A stretch of 64,000 nucleotides of DNA from positions 1,504,001 through 1,568,000 of the forward strand of contig OZ242008.1 of assembly GCA_965204735.1 (NCBI GenBank), written 5' to 3'. Origin of the DNA: Longimicrobiales bacterium (GTDB lineage: Bacteria; Gemmatimonadota; Gemmatimonadetes; Longimicrobiales; Gaopeijiaceae). Below the pieces are notes generated by a model, which ran no database searches, was not told the origin of the DNA, and worked only from the letters and a program-made list of their open reading frames with translations. Every line of letters begins with the position of its first letter. Within the stretch, counting starts at the first letter, position 1. Shown here piece by piece: positions 47,401 to 58,039 of this stretch. Position numbers and translations under genes: made by a program.

Positions 47401-50400
47401 GACGCTGGTCTACACGGACTCGGTGGACGTGACGGGGGTTCCGACGGTGTGGGTGACGATCGGGGCGAATCCGTGGGCGGGGGCGACGTACGCTTCAGGC
47501 AGCGGGACGGACTCGTTGGAGTTCCACTACGTGGTGCAGTCTGGGGACGCGGACGCCGACGGGATCAGCATGGTGGGCAACGCATTGCAGTGGACGGGGG
47601 GCTCGACGATCAGGGAGGCGGGCACAAGCACGAACACGTTTAGTGAGACGCCGTGGCGGGGCCCGGGTTCAGGCGGGTACGCGATTACGAACAGCGCGGG
47701 CCACAAGGTGGCGGGCGGGACGTTCACGGCGTCGTCGGTGAGCGGCGTGGCGATCACGAGCACGCCGTCGAGCGACAGCACGTATGGACGGACGGAGCGG
47801 ATCGAGGTCGAGGTGTCGTTCAGCCGCACGGTGACGGTGACGGGCACGCCGCAGCTGGCGCTGTCGATCGACACGCTGACGCGGCAGGCGGCGTACGCGA
47901 GCGGGACGGGTACGAAGACGCTGACGTTCGGCTACGTGGTGGCGGCTGCGGACGCGGACTCGACGGGGATCAGCATCGGCGCGAGCGCTTTGACGCTGAA
48001 CAGCGGGGCGATCAACGACGCGCGCGACAGCACGATGGCGGCGAGCTTGGGTCTGGGCACGAACGCGATCGCGAACGCGGCTGCGCACAAGGTGAACGGC
48101 AACCTGGGTCCGCCGGGCGTGACGGGGTTGTCGATCAGTGCGCCGACGGTGGGCGACACCTTCGAGCGGGGCGAGACGATCGAGATGTCGCTGGTGTTCA
48201 ACCGCGCGGTGGCGGTGACGGGGACGCCGCAGCTGGCGCTGGGGATCGGCGCGGCGACGAAGCAGGCGAGCTACGCATCGGGGACAGGCACGACGACGCT
48301 GGTGTTCCGGTACGTGGTGGTGGCTGCGGACGCGGACGCGGACGGGTTGAGCATCGGCGCGAGCGCTTTGGCGCTGAACGGCGGGACGATCAGGCTGGCC
48401 GGCGGCGCCCTGGACGCGACTTTGGGGCTGGGCGCGAGCGCGGTGACGAACAGCGGGGGCCACAAGGTGGCGGGCGGCACGTTCACGACGCCGTCGGTGA
48501 GCGCGGTGACGGTGTCGAGCGCGCCTGCTGCGGACAGCACGTACAAGCTGGGCGAGTCGATCGAGGTGAAGGTGGCGTTCGACCGACCGGTGGCGGTGAC
48601 GGGTTCGCCGCGGCTGGCGCTGACGATTGGGACGGTCACTCGTCAGGCGAGCTACGATTCGGCTTCGAGCAAGGTGGACACGCTGGTGTTCGGGTACGGG
48701 GTCCGTCCGGCGGACACGGACACCGACGGGATCAGCATCGGCGCGAGCGCGTTGGCGCTGAACGGCGGTACGATCAACGACGTGCGGCCGGGCGCTGCTT
48801 CGGCTGCGCTGGGCTTGGGGTCGAGCGCTGTGACGAACGCTGCGGCGCACAAGGTGGACGGCCTGCAGGGTCCGCCGGGCGTGACGAACCTGACGGTGGC
48901 TTCGCCGCCGGTGGGCACGACGTTCGAGCGTGGCGACACGATCGTTGCGACGGTGCGGTTCAACAAGTCGGTGGACGTGACAGGTACGCCGCAGCTGGCA
49001 TTGGGGATCGGTTCGCAGACGCGGCAGGCGGCGTACGCGTCGGGGACGGGCTCCTCGGCGCTGGTGTTCCGGTACGTGGTGGTGGCTGCGGACGTGGATC
49101 CGGACGGGTTGAGCGTGGGCGCGAACGCCTTGACGCTGAACGGGGGGACGATCGACGTGGCGGGCGGGACGACGGACGCCCTGCTGAGCTTGGAGCACCA
49201 GGCGTTCAGCAACTTCCTGGTGGTGAACGGCGGGGCGTTCACGGCGGCGACGGTTGCGGGTGTAACGATATCAAGCGCTCCGGCGAGCGACAGCACGTAC
49301 GGCCGGACGGAGCGGATCGAGGTCGAGGTGTCGTTCAACCGGCGCGTGGCGGTGACGGACACGCCGCAGGTGGCGCTGACGATTGGTACGCAGACGCGGC
49401 AGGCGGAGTACGCGAGCGGGACGGGGACGAAGACGCTGACGTTCGGCTACACGGTGGTGGCTGCGGACAGCGATGCGAACGGGATCAGCCTCGGGGCGAG
49501 CGCATTGGCGCTGAACGGCGGGACGATCTCGGACGCTCGGGACGCGACGATGGCGGCGGGCCTGGGCCTGGGGAGCTACGCGATTGCGAACGCTGCTGCG
49601 CACAAGGTGGACGGCAACCTGGGGCCGCCGGGGGTGACGGGCTTGGTCGTGGCGTCCCCGCCCGTGGGCGACACGTTCGAGCGGGGCGACGTGATTGCGG
49701 CGACGTTGACGTTCAACCGTGCGGTGGACGTGACGGGTACGCCGCAGCTGGCGCTGGGGATCGGTACGCAGACGCGGCAGGCGGCGTACGCGAGCGGCAC
49801 GGGCACGACGGCGCTGGTGTTCCAGTACACGGTGGTGACTGCGGACGTGGACGCGGACGGGTTGAGCGTTGGGACGAGCGCGCTGGGGCTGAACAGCGGG
49901 ACGATCCGGCTGTCCGGCGGCACGCTGGACGCGACCCTGGGACTGGGCACGCACGCGGTGTCGAACAGCACGGGCCACAAGGTAGCGGGCGGGACGTTCA
50001 CGGCGTCGTCGGTGAGCGGCGTAACGATCTCGAGTAGCCCGTCGAGCGGGGACACGTACGGGCTGGGCGAGGAGATTGAGGTCGAGGTGGCGTTCGCGCG
50101 GCCGGTGAACGTGACGGGCGCGCCGCAGCTGGCATTGACGGTGGGCGCGGTGACGCGGCAGGCGGAGTACGCGAGCGGGACGGGGACGAAGACGCTGACG
50201 TTCGGCTACGAGGTGGCGGCTGCGGACGCGGATGCGGACGGGATCGGCGTCGGCGCGAGCGCGTTGGCTCTGAACAGCGGCACGATCAACGACGCGCGCC
50301 TCACGGGCGCGACGGCGGCAAGCCTGGGCTTGGGATCCAGCGCGATCGCGAACGCGGCGTCGCACAAGGTGGACGGCGCGCTCGGACCACCGGGTGTGAG

Positions 50401-53400
50401 TGCGCTGTCGATCGGCTCGCCTCATGTGGGCGACACGTTCGAGCGGGGCGAGACGATCGAGGTGAAGGTCGCGTTCAACAAGGCGGTGGCGGTGACGGGT
50501 ACGCCGCAGCTGGCGCTGGGGATCGGGAGCGCGACGAAGCAGGCGAGCTACGCTGCTGGCACGGGCACGGACACGCTGGCGTTCCGGTACGTGGTGGTGA
50601 CTGCGGACGTGGACGCGGACGGGATCAGCATCGGCACGAGCGCGTTGGCGCTGAACGGCGGGACGATCCGGGTGTCGGGCGGTACGACGGACGCGGTGGT
50701 GAGCCTGCGCGATCACTACGTCACCAACAACGGGAACTACAAGGTTGCGGGCGGGACGTTCACGGCTGCGGCGGTGAGCGGGGTGACGATTTCGAGCGCT
50801 CCGTCGAGCGACAGCATCTACGGACGAACGGAGGTGATCGAGGTCGAGGTTGGGTTCACGCGCCCGGTGACGGTGACGGGCGGGCCGCAGCTGGCTTTGG
50901 GGATCGGGAGTCAGACGCGGCAGGCGGCGTACGCGAGCGGGAGCGGGACGGCGAAGCTGGTGTTCGGCTACACGGTGGTGGCGGCGGACGAGGACTCGAC
51001 GGGGATCAGCATCGGTGCGAGCGCGTTGGCGCTGAACGGCGGGACGATCGCCGACGCGCGCGACGGCACGACGGCGGCGGGCCTGGGACTGGGGAGCAAC
51101 GCGATTGCGAACGCGGCGGCGCACAAGGTGGACGGCAGCCGGGGGCCGCCGGGGGTGACCGGGCTGTCGATCAGTGCGCCGACGGTGGGCGACACCTTCG
51201 AGCGGGGCGAGACGATCGAGGTGTCGCTGGTGTTCAACCGGTCGGTGGACGTGACGGGCGCGCCGCGGTTGGCGCTGACGATCGGGAGCGCGACACGGCA
51301 GGCAGGCTACGCGAGCGGCACGGGCACGGACACGCTGGTGTTCCGTTACGTGGTGGCGAGCGGCGACGCGGACTCGGACGGGCTGAGCATCGCAGCGAGC
51401 GCGTTGGCGCTGAGCGGCGGTACGATCCGGGTTGCGGGCGGCACGCTGGACGCGACGCTGGGCCTGGGCGCGAGCGTGGTGACGAACAGCGCGGGCCACA
51501 AGGTTGCGGGCGGCACGTTCACGACGCCGGCGGTGAGCGCGGTGACGATATCGAGCACGCCGGCGAGCGCGAGCACGTACCAGCTGGGCGAGTCGATCGA
51601 GGTGAAGGTAGCGTTCGGCCGACCGGTGGCGGTGACGGGCTCGCCGCGTCTGGCGCTGACGATCGGGACGCAGACGCGGCAGGCGAGCTACGTGGCCGCT
51701 TCCAGCAAGGCGGACACGCTGGTGTTCGGCTACGCGATCCGTCCGGCGGACGCCGACACAGACGGGATCAGCATCGGCGCGAGCGCGTTGACGCTGAACG
51801 GCGGGGCGATAGCGGATGTGCGTCCAGGCGCGGCGGCCGCGACGGTGGGGCTGGGCACGAACGCCGTGACGAACGCTGCGGCGCACAAGGTGAACGGCAG
51901 CTTGGGGCCGCCGGGCGTGGTGGGGTTGTCGGTAGCTTCACCGCCGGTGGGTGCCACGTTCGAGCGGGGCGACACGGTGGTTGCGACAGTGACGTTCAAC
52001 AAGGCAGTGGACGTGACGGGCACGCCGCAACTGGCGTTGTCGATCGGTTCGCAGACGCGGCAGGCCGGCTACGCATCGGGGACGGGGACGACGGCGCTGG
52101 TGTTCCGGTACGTGGTGGTACAGGCGGATGCGGACACGGACGGGTTGGGCGTGGGCGCGAGCGCGTTGGCACTCAACGGCGGGACGATCGACGTGGCGGG
52201 CGGGACGACCGACGCTCTGCTGAGCCTGGTGCACCACGCGATCAGCAACGACGGTGCGCGCCGCGTGGCGGGCGGGACGTTCACGGCGGCGTCGGTGAGC
52301 GAGGTGTCGATCACGAGCAGCCCGGCGGGCGCGAGCACGTACGGGTTGAGCGAGCAGATCGAAGTGGAGGTGACGTTCAACCGCAACGTGACGGTGACGG
52401 GCGCGCCGCAGCTGGCGCTGACGATCGGGAGCCAGACCCGGCAGGCGGCGTACGTCTCGGTGGCTGCCGGGAAGCAGCTGACGTTCCGGTACGAGGTGGT
52501 GGCTGGGGATGCGGACGGGAACGGGCTGAGCATCGGCGCGAGCGCACTGGGGCTGAACGGCGGCGCGATTGCCGACGCCCGCGACGGCACGACGGCGGCG
52601 AGCCTGGGGCTGGGCAGCCACGCGATATCGAACGACGCGGCCCACAGGGTGGACGGTGCCCAGGGACCGCCGGGCGTGAGCGGTGTGTCGATCGCGTCGC
52701 CGCCGATCGGCGACACCTTCGAGCGTGGCGACACGATCATCGCGACGGTGACGTTCAACAAGGGTGTGGACGTGACGGGTACGCCGCAGCTGGCGCTGAC
52801 GATCGGCGCTGCGACGAAGCAGGCGAGCTACGCGAGCGGGACGGGTACGGCGTCTTTGGTGTTCCGGTACGTGGTGGTGACGGCGGACGCGGACGCGGAC
52901 GGGCTGAGCATCGGCGCGACCGCCTTGGCGCTCAACGGCGGAATGATCGACGTGGCGGGTGGCACGGTGGATGCAGTTCTGGGGCTGGGCGCCCATGCGG
53001 TGAGCAACAGCGCGGGCCACAAGGTCGCGGGCGCGACGTTCACGGCGGCGTCGGTGAGCGGCGTGTCGCTGACGAGTTCGCCGGCGGTGGCGACGACATA
53101 CGGTCGGGGCGAGCAGATCGAGGTGCAGGTGACGTTCAACCGTCGCGTGACGGTGACGGGGACGCCGCAGGTGGCGCTGACGGTGGGCGCGCAGACGCGG
53201 CAGGCGGGCTACTCGAGCGGGACGGGTACGCACACGCTGGCGTTTCGGTACACGGTGGTGCAGGCGGACGCGGACACCGACGGGATCGAAGTCGGCGCGA
53301 GCGCGCTGGCGCTGAACAGCGGCACGATCGCCGACGCCCGCAACGGCACGACGGCGGCGGCTCTGGGACTGGGCAGCCATGCGTTGAGTGCTGCTGCGGG

Positions 53401-56400
53401 CCACAAGGTGGACGGCACGCTGGCGGGCGCGTCGGTGACGGGCGTCGTAGTGTCGAGCACGCCGGAGAGCGGGGACACGTACGGCCTGGGCGAGCGGATC
53501 GAAGTGCAGGTGACGTTCGACCGTGCGGTGACGGTGACGGGCGCGCCGCAGCTGGCGCTGACGGTGGGCACGGCGACGCGTCAGGCGAGCTACGTCGGCG
53601 GCAGCGGCACGGCGACGCTGTCGTTCGCGTACCGCGTGCAGGGCGCGGGCAGTGGCGGCAGCGGGACGGGCGGCGTGGACGCCGACGCGGACGGCGTGGG
53701 CGTGGCGGCTGCGGCGCTGACGCTGAACGGCGCGACGATCGTGAACACGACGGACGGGGTTCGTCCGGCGGTTCTGGCGTTGGGCAGCCACGCGATCGCG
53801 GCGGCCGCGAACGACAAGGTGGACGGCACGGTGGAGGCGGTGCCGGTGGTGGTGGGGATGACGGTGACGAGCACGCCGGGCGCGAACGGGCTGTACGGTC
53901 CCCGGAGCGTGATCCGGGTGGCGGTGACGTTCAGCCGACCGGTGGAGGTGGCGGGGGCGCCGCAGCAGGCGGGCCACATGTCGGCTGCGACGGCTCCGGT
54001 GCGGCTGGCGATCGAGATCGGGACGGCGGTGCGTCACGCGAGCTACGTGTCGGGCTCGGGCACGCCGGTGCTGGTGTTCGAGTACGTGGTGCAGCCTGCG
54101 GATCGCGACGAAGACGGGATCAGCATCCCTGCCGACGCGCTGACTGCGACAGGCGGCGCGCTGCGGATCGCGGGCGGCACGACGGCGGCGGCGCTGGACT
54201 TGAGCGGCCACGCGGTGGAGAACGTCGAAGAGCACCAGGTGAACGGGGCTGGAGGCACGGACCCGGTGTTCGGTCGCGCGGAGTACGAGTTCAAGCTGAC
54301 GGAGGACGAGTCGGGGCCGGTGGTGGTGGGGACGGTGAGCGCGACGGACCCCTTCGGCGGCGAGGTGACGTACTCGCTGGCGGCGGGCGACGAGGGGCTC
54401 TTCGAGGTGGACGCTCGCACCGGCGAGGTGCGGTACGTGGGGACGGGCGAGGACGCGGAGTCGCGTTCGGAGTTCGTGATGATCGTGCGCGCGACGGCGG
54501 ACGACGGTGAGCGGACGGGGGACGCGACGGTGACGGTGCGGCTGGTGAACGTGAACGACGCGCCGGTGTTCACTGCCGAGCGCTACGCCTTCGCCATGGC
54601 CGAGAACGCTGCCGGGCCGCTGGCGCTGGGCGTGGCGGAGGCGGTGGACCTGGACGAGGGGGACACGCTGACGTACCGACTGGCGACGGGCGACGCCGAT
54701 CGCTTCGCGGTGGACGGCGCGACGGGCGAGGTGCGGTACGTGGGCGGCGGCGAGAACTACGAGGGCGCGGGACCGAAGTCGTGGGAGCTGGAAGTCACGG
54801 CGACGGACTTGTCGGGGCTGACCGCCGAAGCGGTCGTGGCGGTGGAGTTGACGAACGTGAACGAAGGACCAGCGTTCGCCGACTCTGCGTACGCCTTCGA
54901 TCTGGCGGAGAACGCTCGGGGACCGCTGCTGCTGGGCGAGGTGCGGGCGACGGACCCGGACGGCGGCGACTGGCTGTCGTACGCGCTGACGGCGGGCGAC
55001 GCGGAGCGGTTCAAGGTGAACGCGACGAGCGGTGCCGTGCGGTACGTGGGGTCCGGCGAGGATGCGGAGACGGGTCCGGGCAGCTGGGAGCTGGAGGTGA
55101 CGGCGACGGACCGAGGTGGCTTGGTTGCGCGGACGCGAGTGGTGGTGACCCTCAAGGACCGGAACGAAGGCCCGGTGTTCGTGGAGCCGATCTGGGAGTG
55201 GGAGTTGGCGGAGCATGTGGCGGGCCCGGTGGAGCTGGGCGCGGTCGAGGCGACGGATGTGGACGCGGGCGACACGCTGCGCTACAGCTTGAGCGGCGCG
55301 GGCGCGGCGTTGTTCGACGTGGGCGAGTCGAGCGGCGTGGTGCGGTACGTGGGCGGCGGCGAGGACGCGGAGACGGGTCCTGAGGGCTGGGAGTTCGAGG
55401 TGGTGGCGACGGACCGTGCGGGGTTGGCGGCGGTGGCGAAGGTGAGGGTGGTGCTGCTGGACGTGAACGAGGCGCCGGCGTTCGTGGACTCCGCGTACGC
55501 GTTCGAGTTGGCGGAGAACGTGCGCGGGCCTCGGGAGCTGGGACGGGTCGAGGCGACGGACCCGGACCGCGACGACGCGCTGACGTACAGCTTGGCGCAG
55601 GGCGATCGTGGCCGCTTCGATGTGGACGGCGCGAGCGGTGCGGTGCGCTACGTGGGCGCCGGCGAGGACTACGAGGACGGTCCGCCGGAGTTCGCGCTGA
55701 CGGTGCGCGTCACGGACGCGGGCGGACTGACGGCCGAGGCGGCGGTCGTGGTGACGTTGCTGGACGTGAACGAGGGGCCGGAGACGGTGGGTTCGCTGTC
55801 GCCGCCGGTTCTGGAGGTGGGCGGCGCGCCGTGGGAGGTGGGTCTGGGCGAGTACTTCCGGGACCCGGACGGCGACGCGCTGAGCTACGTGGTGGTGTCG
55901 TCGTCGCCGAGCGTGGCGGCCGCGTCGGTGGCGGGCGCGGGGCGGCTGTCTGTGTCGCCGCGGGAGATCGGCGCGTCGGTGGTGACGGTGACGGCGACCG
56001 ATGCGGGCGGGCTGACGGCGACGCAGCAGGCGAGCGTGACGGTGTCGGCGTCGCGTTCGGATCGGGCGCGTGCGCTGAAGCTGACGCTGGCGGCGTTCGG
56101 TCGGTCGCTGGGAACGGAGACGGTGGACGCGATCGGCGGTCGGTTGGGTCTGGAGTCGTCGGGTCCGCCGGGCGGCTCGCACGTGCAGCTGGGCGGGCGC
56201 TCGCTGAGCTGCGTCGCGTTCGGCGGCGGCCGTGGCTCGGGCGTCGCGTCCAGCGGCACGGCCTCGGCCCACGCTGGCCCGGACGAAGGCGGCGCGGGCT
56301 TGGGCGGGGGCGTCTCGGGCGGTCGTTGCGGCCTCGAGTCGCTGGTGCGGGACGCAACGGGCCTACTCGGGTTCCAGATCACGCATCCGGGCACCGGGTC

Positions 56401-58039
56401 GGGACCCGGCGGCGGCACCCCGGGCGGAACGCTGGACTTGGCCGCCATCTTCTTCGGCGACGGCGCGACGGGCTTGGGCGGCGCTCCGAGCGGTGCCCTC
56501 GGCATGGGCGGCTCGTACCAGGGCCAGCGGGAAGAGGACGCGGGCCGCGCCGAGCGCACGCGCGGCGGCATCGCCTTCAGCCCGCTGACAGGCCGCGACC
56601 TCCGCTCCCGGAGCTCGTTCCAGCTCTCCTTCGGCGGCGGCTCGCCCGACGGCCAGGGCGGCACCGACGCCGATGCCGCCAGCTCCGCCAGCGGCTCGCC
56701 CGACGCATCCCCGGCGCAGACGGCTTCCCAGGCCGGCTGGACGCTGTGGGGCCAGGCCAACGTGGGCGAGTTCGAGGGCCGTCCCGAAGACGACTTCGCC
56801 ATGGACGGTCGCACCCGCTCGGCGTACGTGGGCCTGGACTACCGCTTCGGCTCGGGCTTCCTGATGGGCCTGGCCGGCTCGCGCAGCGACGTGGCGGCGA
56901 ACTACGAGAGCGGGATCAACGGCGTGGGCAAGACGAAGGCCCACCTGACCAGCCTCTACCCCTACCTGAGCTGGTCGTCGCAGGGCGGCTTCGGGATATG
57001 GGGCTTGGCGGGCGCGGGGATGGGCGCCGCCAACGTGGGCGAGCAGGGTCCCACCTACGACGCCGACCTGCGGATGCGGATGGGCGCGCTGGGCGTGCGC
57101 CAGAAGCTGGTGGGCGGCTTGGCGCTGAAGGCCGACGCCTTCGCGGTGCGGATGATGACGGACGCGTCGAACGGACATGTGGCTGCCGTGACGGCCGACG
57201 CGCAGCGTGTGCGGCTGGCGCCCGAGCTGGGCGGCCAATGGTCCGGCGGCAGCATCGCGATGCGGACGCGCATCGAGGTGGGCGGTCGCTACGACCGGGG
57301 CGACGCGGAGACGGGAATGGGCGCCGAAGCGGGCGCCGAGCTGGGCTTCACGCACGCGGGCAGCGGCTTGAGCCTGGACGCCCGTGGTCGGATGCTGCTG
57401 ATCCACCAGGACCGACACTTCAAGGATTGGGGCGCGGCGGTGGCGCTGCGTATCCAGCCGCGCTCGGAGGCGGGCGGACTGTCGTTCTCGCTGGAGCCGT
57501 CGTGGGGCAACGCCTCGGGCGGCGCGCAGACGCTGTGGCAAGGCGGCGACGACGTGTGGCGGACCGCGGGCGTGCCGGGACTGGGCGCGGCGACGCCGGC
57601 GGTGCAGCGCGGCGGCGTGCCAGCCAGCGGCGGTCCCACCGGCCACGGCGGTCCCACTGGCCCAGGCGACCCCACTGGCCAAGGCGGTCCCACGAGCCCC
57701 GGCGCCGGCCCGGCCCACGGCTTCCCATCCGCCCACGGTTTCGGAGCGACTCAGGCCACGCGAGGCTGGGCGCCGGACCGCCTGGCGATGGAGGTGGGCT
57801 ACGGCGTGGCGCTGCCCGGCGGCAGCCGGATCAAGCCGTTCGGCCGCTGGAGCCGCGAGGGCGCGGCCGGCTACCGCCTGAACGTGGGGACCCAGTGGGC
57901 GATGCTGGGCGGCGAGACCGCCGAGCAGCAGGCCTCCGGCCTCCGCCTGGTGATGGACTTCTTCGGCGAGCAGGCGACCGACGGCTTCCAGCCCCCGGAC
58001 CGCCGCGTCGGAATCGCCGGCACAATCACCTTCAGGTAG
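44483..58039 (+). CDS. Giant repetitive surface adhesin 2 (paralogue of adhesin 1): 25 Ig-like repeats, 5 cadherin-like domains, 1 Ig-like domain, autotransporter-like barrel (start uncertain: 44483/44564)
   Basis: 4518-codon ORF with signal-like 'MPPALARTTLAALGLLAAAFGTTGAPTPLGA-Q'. Same repeat, cadherin and barrel architecture, collinear with adhesin 1; ends 'GTITFR'. Confidence 0.9.
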   Translation: MPADGRRYWPPPPPLVVGLARAFQAYAMPPALARTTLAALGLLAAAFGTTGAPTPLGAQTAPAVDSVYIVSTPAAAASTYGTTEQIRVTVTFDQNIDMAGTAPYLNLTIGANTRQATRCATLDDGASFCYTVVAADNDSDGISIGASALVLPSGGTITAQGTTTNANLSLGTHAVSNDAGHKVNGTLITPTVTGVVWQSSPGPDSTYVLGDVVIIRVYWDQPVNWPAYLHQMNFDFQIGEHSRRVTWYTRTADHRDLAFRYTITANDFDADGISLPADGIVLDLATPPTPWPTRVGGTARVDVSLGAHAVMNAAGHKVDGRVPSVVRTSITSDAGTDSTYVRGDVIDIGVVFSENVDVTGTPQLALTVGAATRQANYVSGTGSDSLTFRYSVLSGDADSTGISYAAAALTLNGGTINKANQTVAAALGLGSAVVTNAADHKVDGTTGPPVVTGVSITSDAGTDSIYASGDTIEAVVVFNENVTVTGTPQLALTIGSQTRQANYVSGSGNDSLTFTYVAATGDLDEDGVSIGSNALTLNGGTIKRGTTVDAALSLIGREVANALAHRVVVVTSLAHVTGTSIISDPGTDSTYAPGDTIEVLVVFNENVDVTGTPQLALEIGAATRQANYASGTGNDSLTFRYVVVPSDTDTTGISYSWNALTLNGGTIKRAGATADAYLGFRTHVVTDDRAHRVFYVISTVTGLSVNSAGPDSTFVRGDTVKVTLSFTDTVVVTGTPRVRIWLGATHGWATYHSGSGTSELEFRYVVQSGIDDKNGVGILADAVDLNGGTIRDANEVNVNPRIDASLTIVDDPRWKVAGLTRVTSVSVGRPPTGDVFERGDTIVVTVVYSDSVDVTGVPTAWLKLTSAAYRPALYASGTGTDTLEFRYVVEAGDHDNDGLSLYGTAIQLTGGSTIREAGTTTSAFHDTPWPYLGQDAIANSAGHKVAGAARIASVSVGSPPVGDTFERGDTIKVTLVYTDSVDVTGVPTVWVTIGANPWAGATYASGSGTDSLEFHYVVQSGDADADGISMVGNALQWTGGSTIREAGTSTNTFSETPWRGPGSGGYAITNSAGHKVAGGTFTASSVSGVAITSTPSSDSTYGRTERIEVEVSFSRTVTVTGTPQLALSIDTLTRQAAYASGTGTKTLTFGYVVAAADADSTGISIGASALTLNSGAINDARDSTMAASLGLGTNAIANAAAHKVNGNLGPPGVTGLSISAPTVGDTFERGETIEMSLVFNRAVAVTGTPQLALGIGAATKQASYASGTGTTTLVFRYVVVAADADADGLSIGASALALNGGTIRLAGGALDATLGLGASAVTNSGGHKVAGGTFTTPSVSAVTVSSAPAADSTYKLGESIEVKVAFDRPVAVTGSPRLALTIGTVTRQASYDSASSKVDTLVFGYGVRPADTDTDGISIGASALALNGGTINDVRPGAASAALGLGSSAVTNAAAHKVDGLQGPPGVTNLTVASPPVGTTFERGDTIVATVRFNKSVDVTGTPQLALGIGSQTRQAAYASGTGSSALVFRYVVVAADVDPDGLSVGANALTLNGGTIDVAGGTTDALLSLEHQAFSNFLVVNGGAFTAATVAGVTISSAPASDSTYGRTERIEVEVSFNRRVAVTDTPQVALTIGTQTRQAEYASGTGTKTLTFGYTVVAADSDANGISLGASALALNGGTISDARDATMAAGLGLGSYAIANAAAHKVDGNLGPPGVTGLVVASPPVGDTFERGDVIAATLTFNRAVDVTGTPQLALGIGTQTRQAAYASGTGTTALVFQYTVVTADVDADGLSVGTSALGLNSGTIRLSGGTLDATLGLGTHAVSNSTGHKVAGGTFTASSVSGVTISSSPSSGDTYGLGEEIEVEVAFARPVNVTGAPQLALTVGAVTRQAEYASGTGTKTLTFGYEVAAADADADGIGVGASALALNSGTINDARLTGATAASLGLGSSAIANAASHKVDGALGPPGVSALSIGSPHVGDTFERGETIEVKVAFNKAVAVTGTPQLALGIGSATKQASYAAGTGTDTLAFRYVVVTADVDADGISIGTSALALNGGTIRVSGGTTDAVVSLRDHYVTNNGNYKVAGGTFTAAAVSGVTISSAPSSDSIYGRTEVIEVEVGFTRPVTVTGGPQLALGIGSQTRQAAYASGSGTAKLVFGYTVVAADEDSTGISIGASALALNGGTIADARDGTTAAGLGLGSNAIANAAAHKVDGSRGPPGVTGLSISAPTVGDTFERGETIEVSLVFNRSVDVTGAPRLALTIGSATRQAGYASGTGTDTLVFRYVVASGDADSDGLSIAASALALSGGTIRVAGGTLDATLGLGASVVTNSAGHKVAGGTFTTPAVSAVTISSTPASASTYQLGESIEVKVAFGRPVAVTGSPRLALTIGTQTRQASYVAASSKADTLVFGYAIRPADADTDGISIGASALTLNGGAIADVRPGAAAATVGLGTNAVTNAAAHKVNGSLGPPGVVGLSVASPPVGATFERGDTVVATVTFNKAVDVTGTPQLALSIGSQTRQAGYASGTGTTALVFRYVVVQADADTDGLGVGASALALNGGTIDVAGGTTDALLSLVHHAISNDGARRVAGGTFTAASVSEVSITSSPAGASTYGLSEQIEVEVTFNRNVTVTGAPQLALTIGSQTRQAAYVSVAAGKQLTFRYEVVAGDADGNGLSIGASALGLNGGAIADARDGTTAASLGLGSHAISNDAAHRVDGAQGPPGVSGVSIASPPIGDTFERGDTIIATVTFNKGVDVTGTPQLALTIGAATKQASYASGTGTASLVFRYVVVTADADADGLSIGATALALNGGMIDVAGGTVDAVLGLGAHAVSNSAGHKVAGATFTAASVSGVSLTSSPAVATTYGRGEQIEVQVTFNRRVTVTGTPQVALTVGAQTRQAGYSSGTGTHTLAFRYTVVQADADTDGIEVGASALALNSGTIADARNGTTAAALGLGSHALSAAAGHKVDGTLAGASVTGVVVSSTPESGDTYGLGERIEVQVTFDRAVTVTGAPQLALTVGTATRQASYVGGSGTATLSFAYRVQGAGSGGSGTGGVDADADGVGVAAAALTLNGATIVNTTDGVRPAVLALGSHAIAAAANDKVDGTVEAVPVVVGMTVTSTPGANGLYGPRSVIRVAVTFSRPVEVAGAPQQAGHMSAATAPVRLAIEIGTAVRHASYVSGSGTPVLVFEYVVQPADRDEDGISIPADALTATGGALRIAGGTTAAALDLSGHAVENVEEHQVNGAGGTDPVFGRAEYEFKLTEDESGPVVVGTVSATDPFGGEVTYSLAAGDEGLFEVDARTGEVRYVGTGEDAESRSEFVMIVRATADDGERTGDATVTVRLVNVNDAPVFTAERYAFAMAENAAGPLALGVAEAVDLDEGDTLTYRLATGDADRFAVDGATGEVRYVGGGENYEGAGPKSWELEVTATDLSGLTAEAVVAVELTNVNEGPAFADSAYAFDLAENARGPLLLGEVRATDPDGGDWLSYALTAGDAERFKVNATSGAVRYVGSGEDAETGPGSWELEVTATDRGGLVARTRVVVTLKDRNEGPVFVEPIWEWELAEHVAGPVELGAVEATDVDAGDTLRYSLSGAGAALFDVGESSGVVRYVGGGEDAETGPEGWEFEVVATDRAGLAAVAKVRVVLLDVNEAPAFVDSAYAFELAENVRGPRELGRVEATDPDRDDALTYSLAQGDRGRFDVDGASGAVRYVGAGEDYEDGPPEFALTVRVTDAGGLTAEAAVVVTLLDVNEGPETVGSLSPPVLEVGGAPWEVGLGEYFRDPDGDALSYVVVSSSPSVAAASVAGAGRLSVSPREIGASVVTVTATDAGGLTATQQASVTVSASRSDRARALKLTLAAFGRSLGTETVDAIGGRLGLESSGPPGGSHVQLGGRSLSCVAFGGGRGSGVASSGTASAHAGPDEGGAGLGGGVSGGRCGLESLVRDATGLLGFQITHPGTGSGPGGGTPGGTLDLAAIFFGDGATGLGGAPSGALGMGGSYQGQREEDAGRAERTRGGIAFSPLTGRDLRSRSSFQLSFGGGSPDGQGGTDADAASSASGSPDASPAQTASQAGWTLWGQANVGEFEGRPEDDFAMDGRTRSAYVGLDYRFGSGFLMGLAGSRSDVAANYESGINGVGKTKAHLTSLYPYLSWSSQGGFGIWGLAGAGMGAANVGEQGPTYDADLRMRMGALGVRQKLVGGLALKADAFAVRMMTDASNGHVAAVTADAQRVRLAPELGGQWSGGSIAMRTRIEVGGRYDRGDAETGMGAEAGAELGFTHAGSGLSLDARGRMLLIHQDRHFKDWGAAVALRIQPRSEAGGLSFSLEPSWGNASGGAQTLWQGGDDVWRTAGVPGLGAATPAVQRGGVPASGGPTGHGGPTGPGDPTGQGGPTSPGAGPAHGFPSAHGFGATQATRGWAPDRLAMEVGYGVALPGGSRIKPFGRWSREGAAGYRLNVGTQWAMLGGETAEQQASGLRLVMDFFGEQATDGFQPPDRRVGIAGTITFR
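44510..44525 (+). repeat. C16 homopolymer tract (candidate phase-variation site)
   Basis: 16 consecutive C at the 5' end of giant adhesin 2, in a context homologous to the first tract (followed by ggctggcccgagcgttccagg). Confidence 0.9.

Noticed and set aside
26290..58039. Diversity-generating retroelement acting on the adhesins
   Set aside because: No reverse transcriptase in the window, and paralogue differences are not visibly restricted to adenines.
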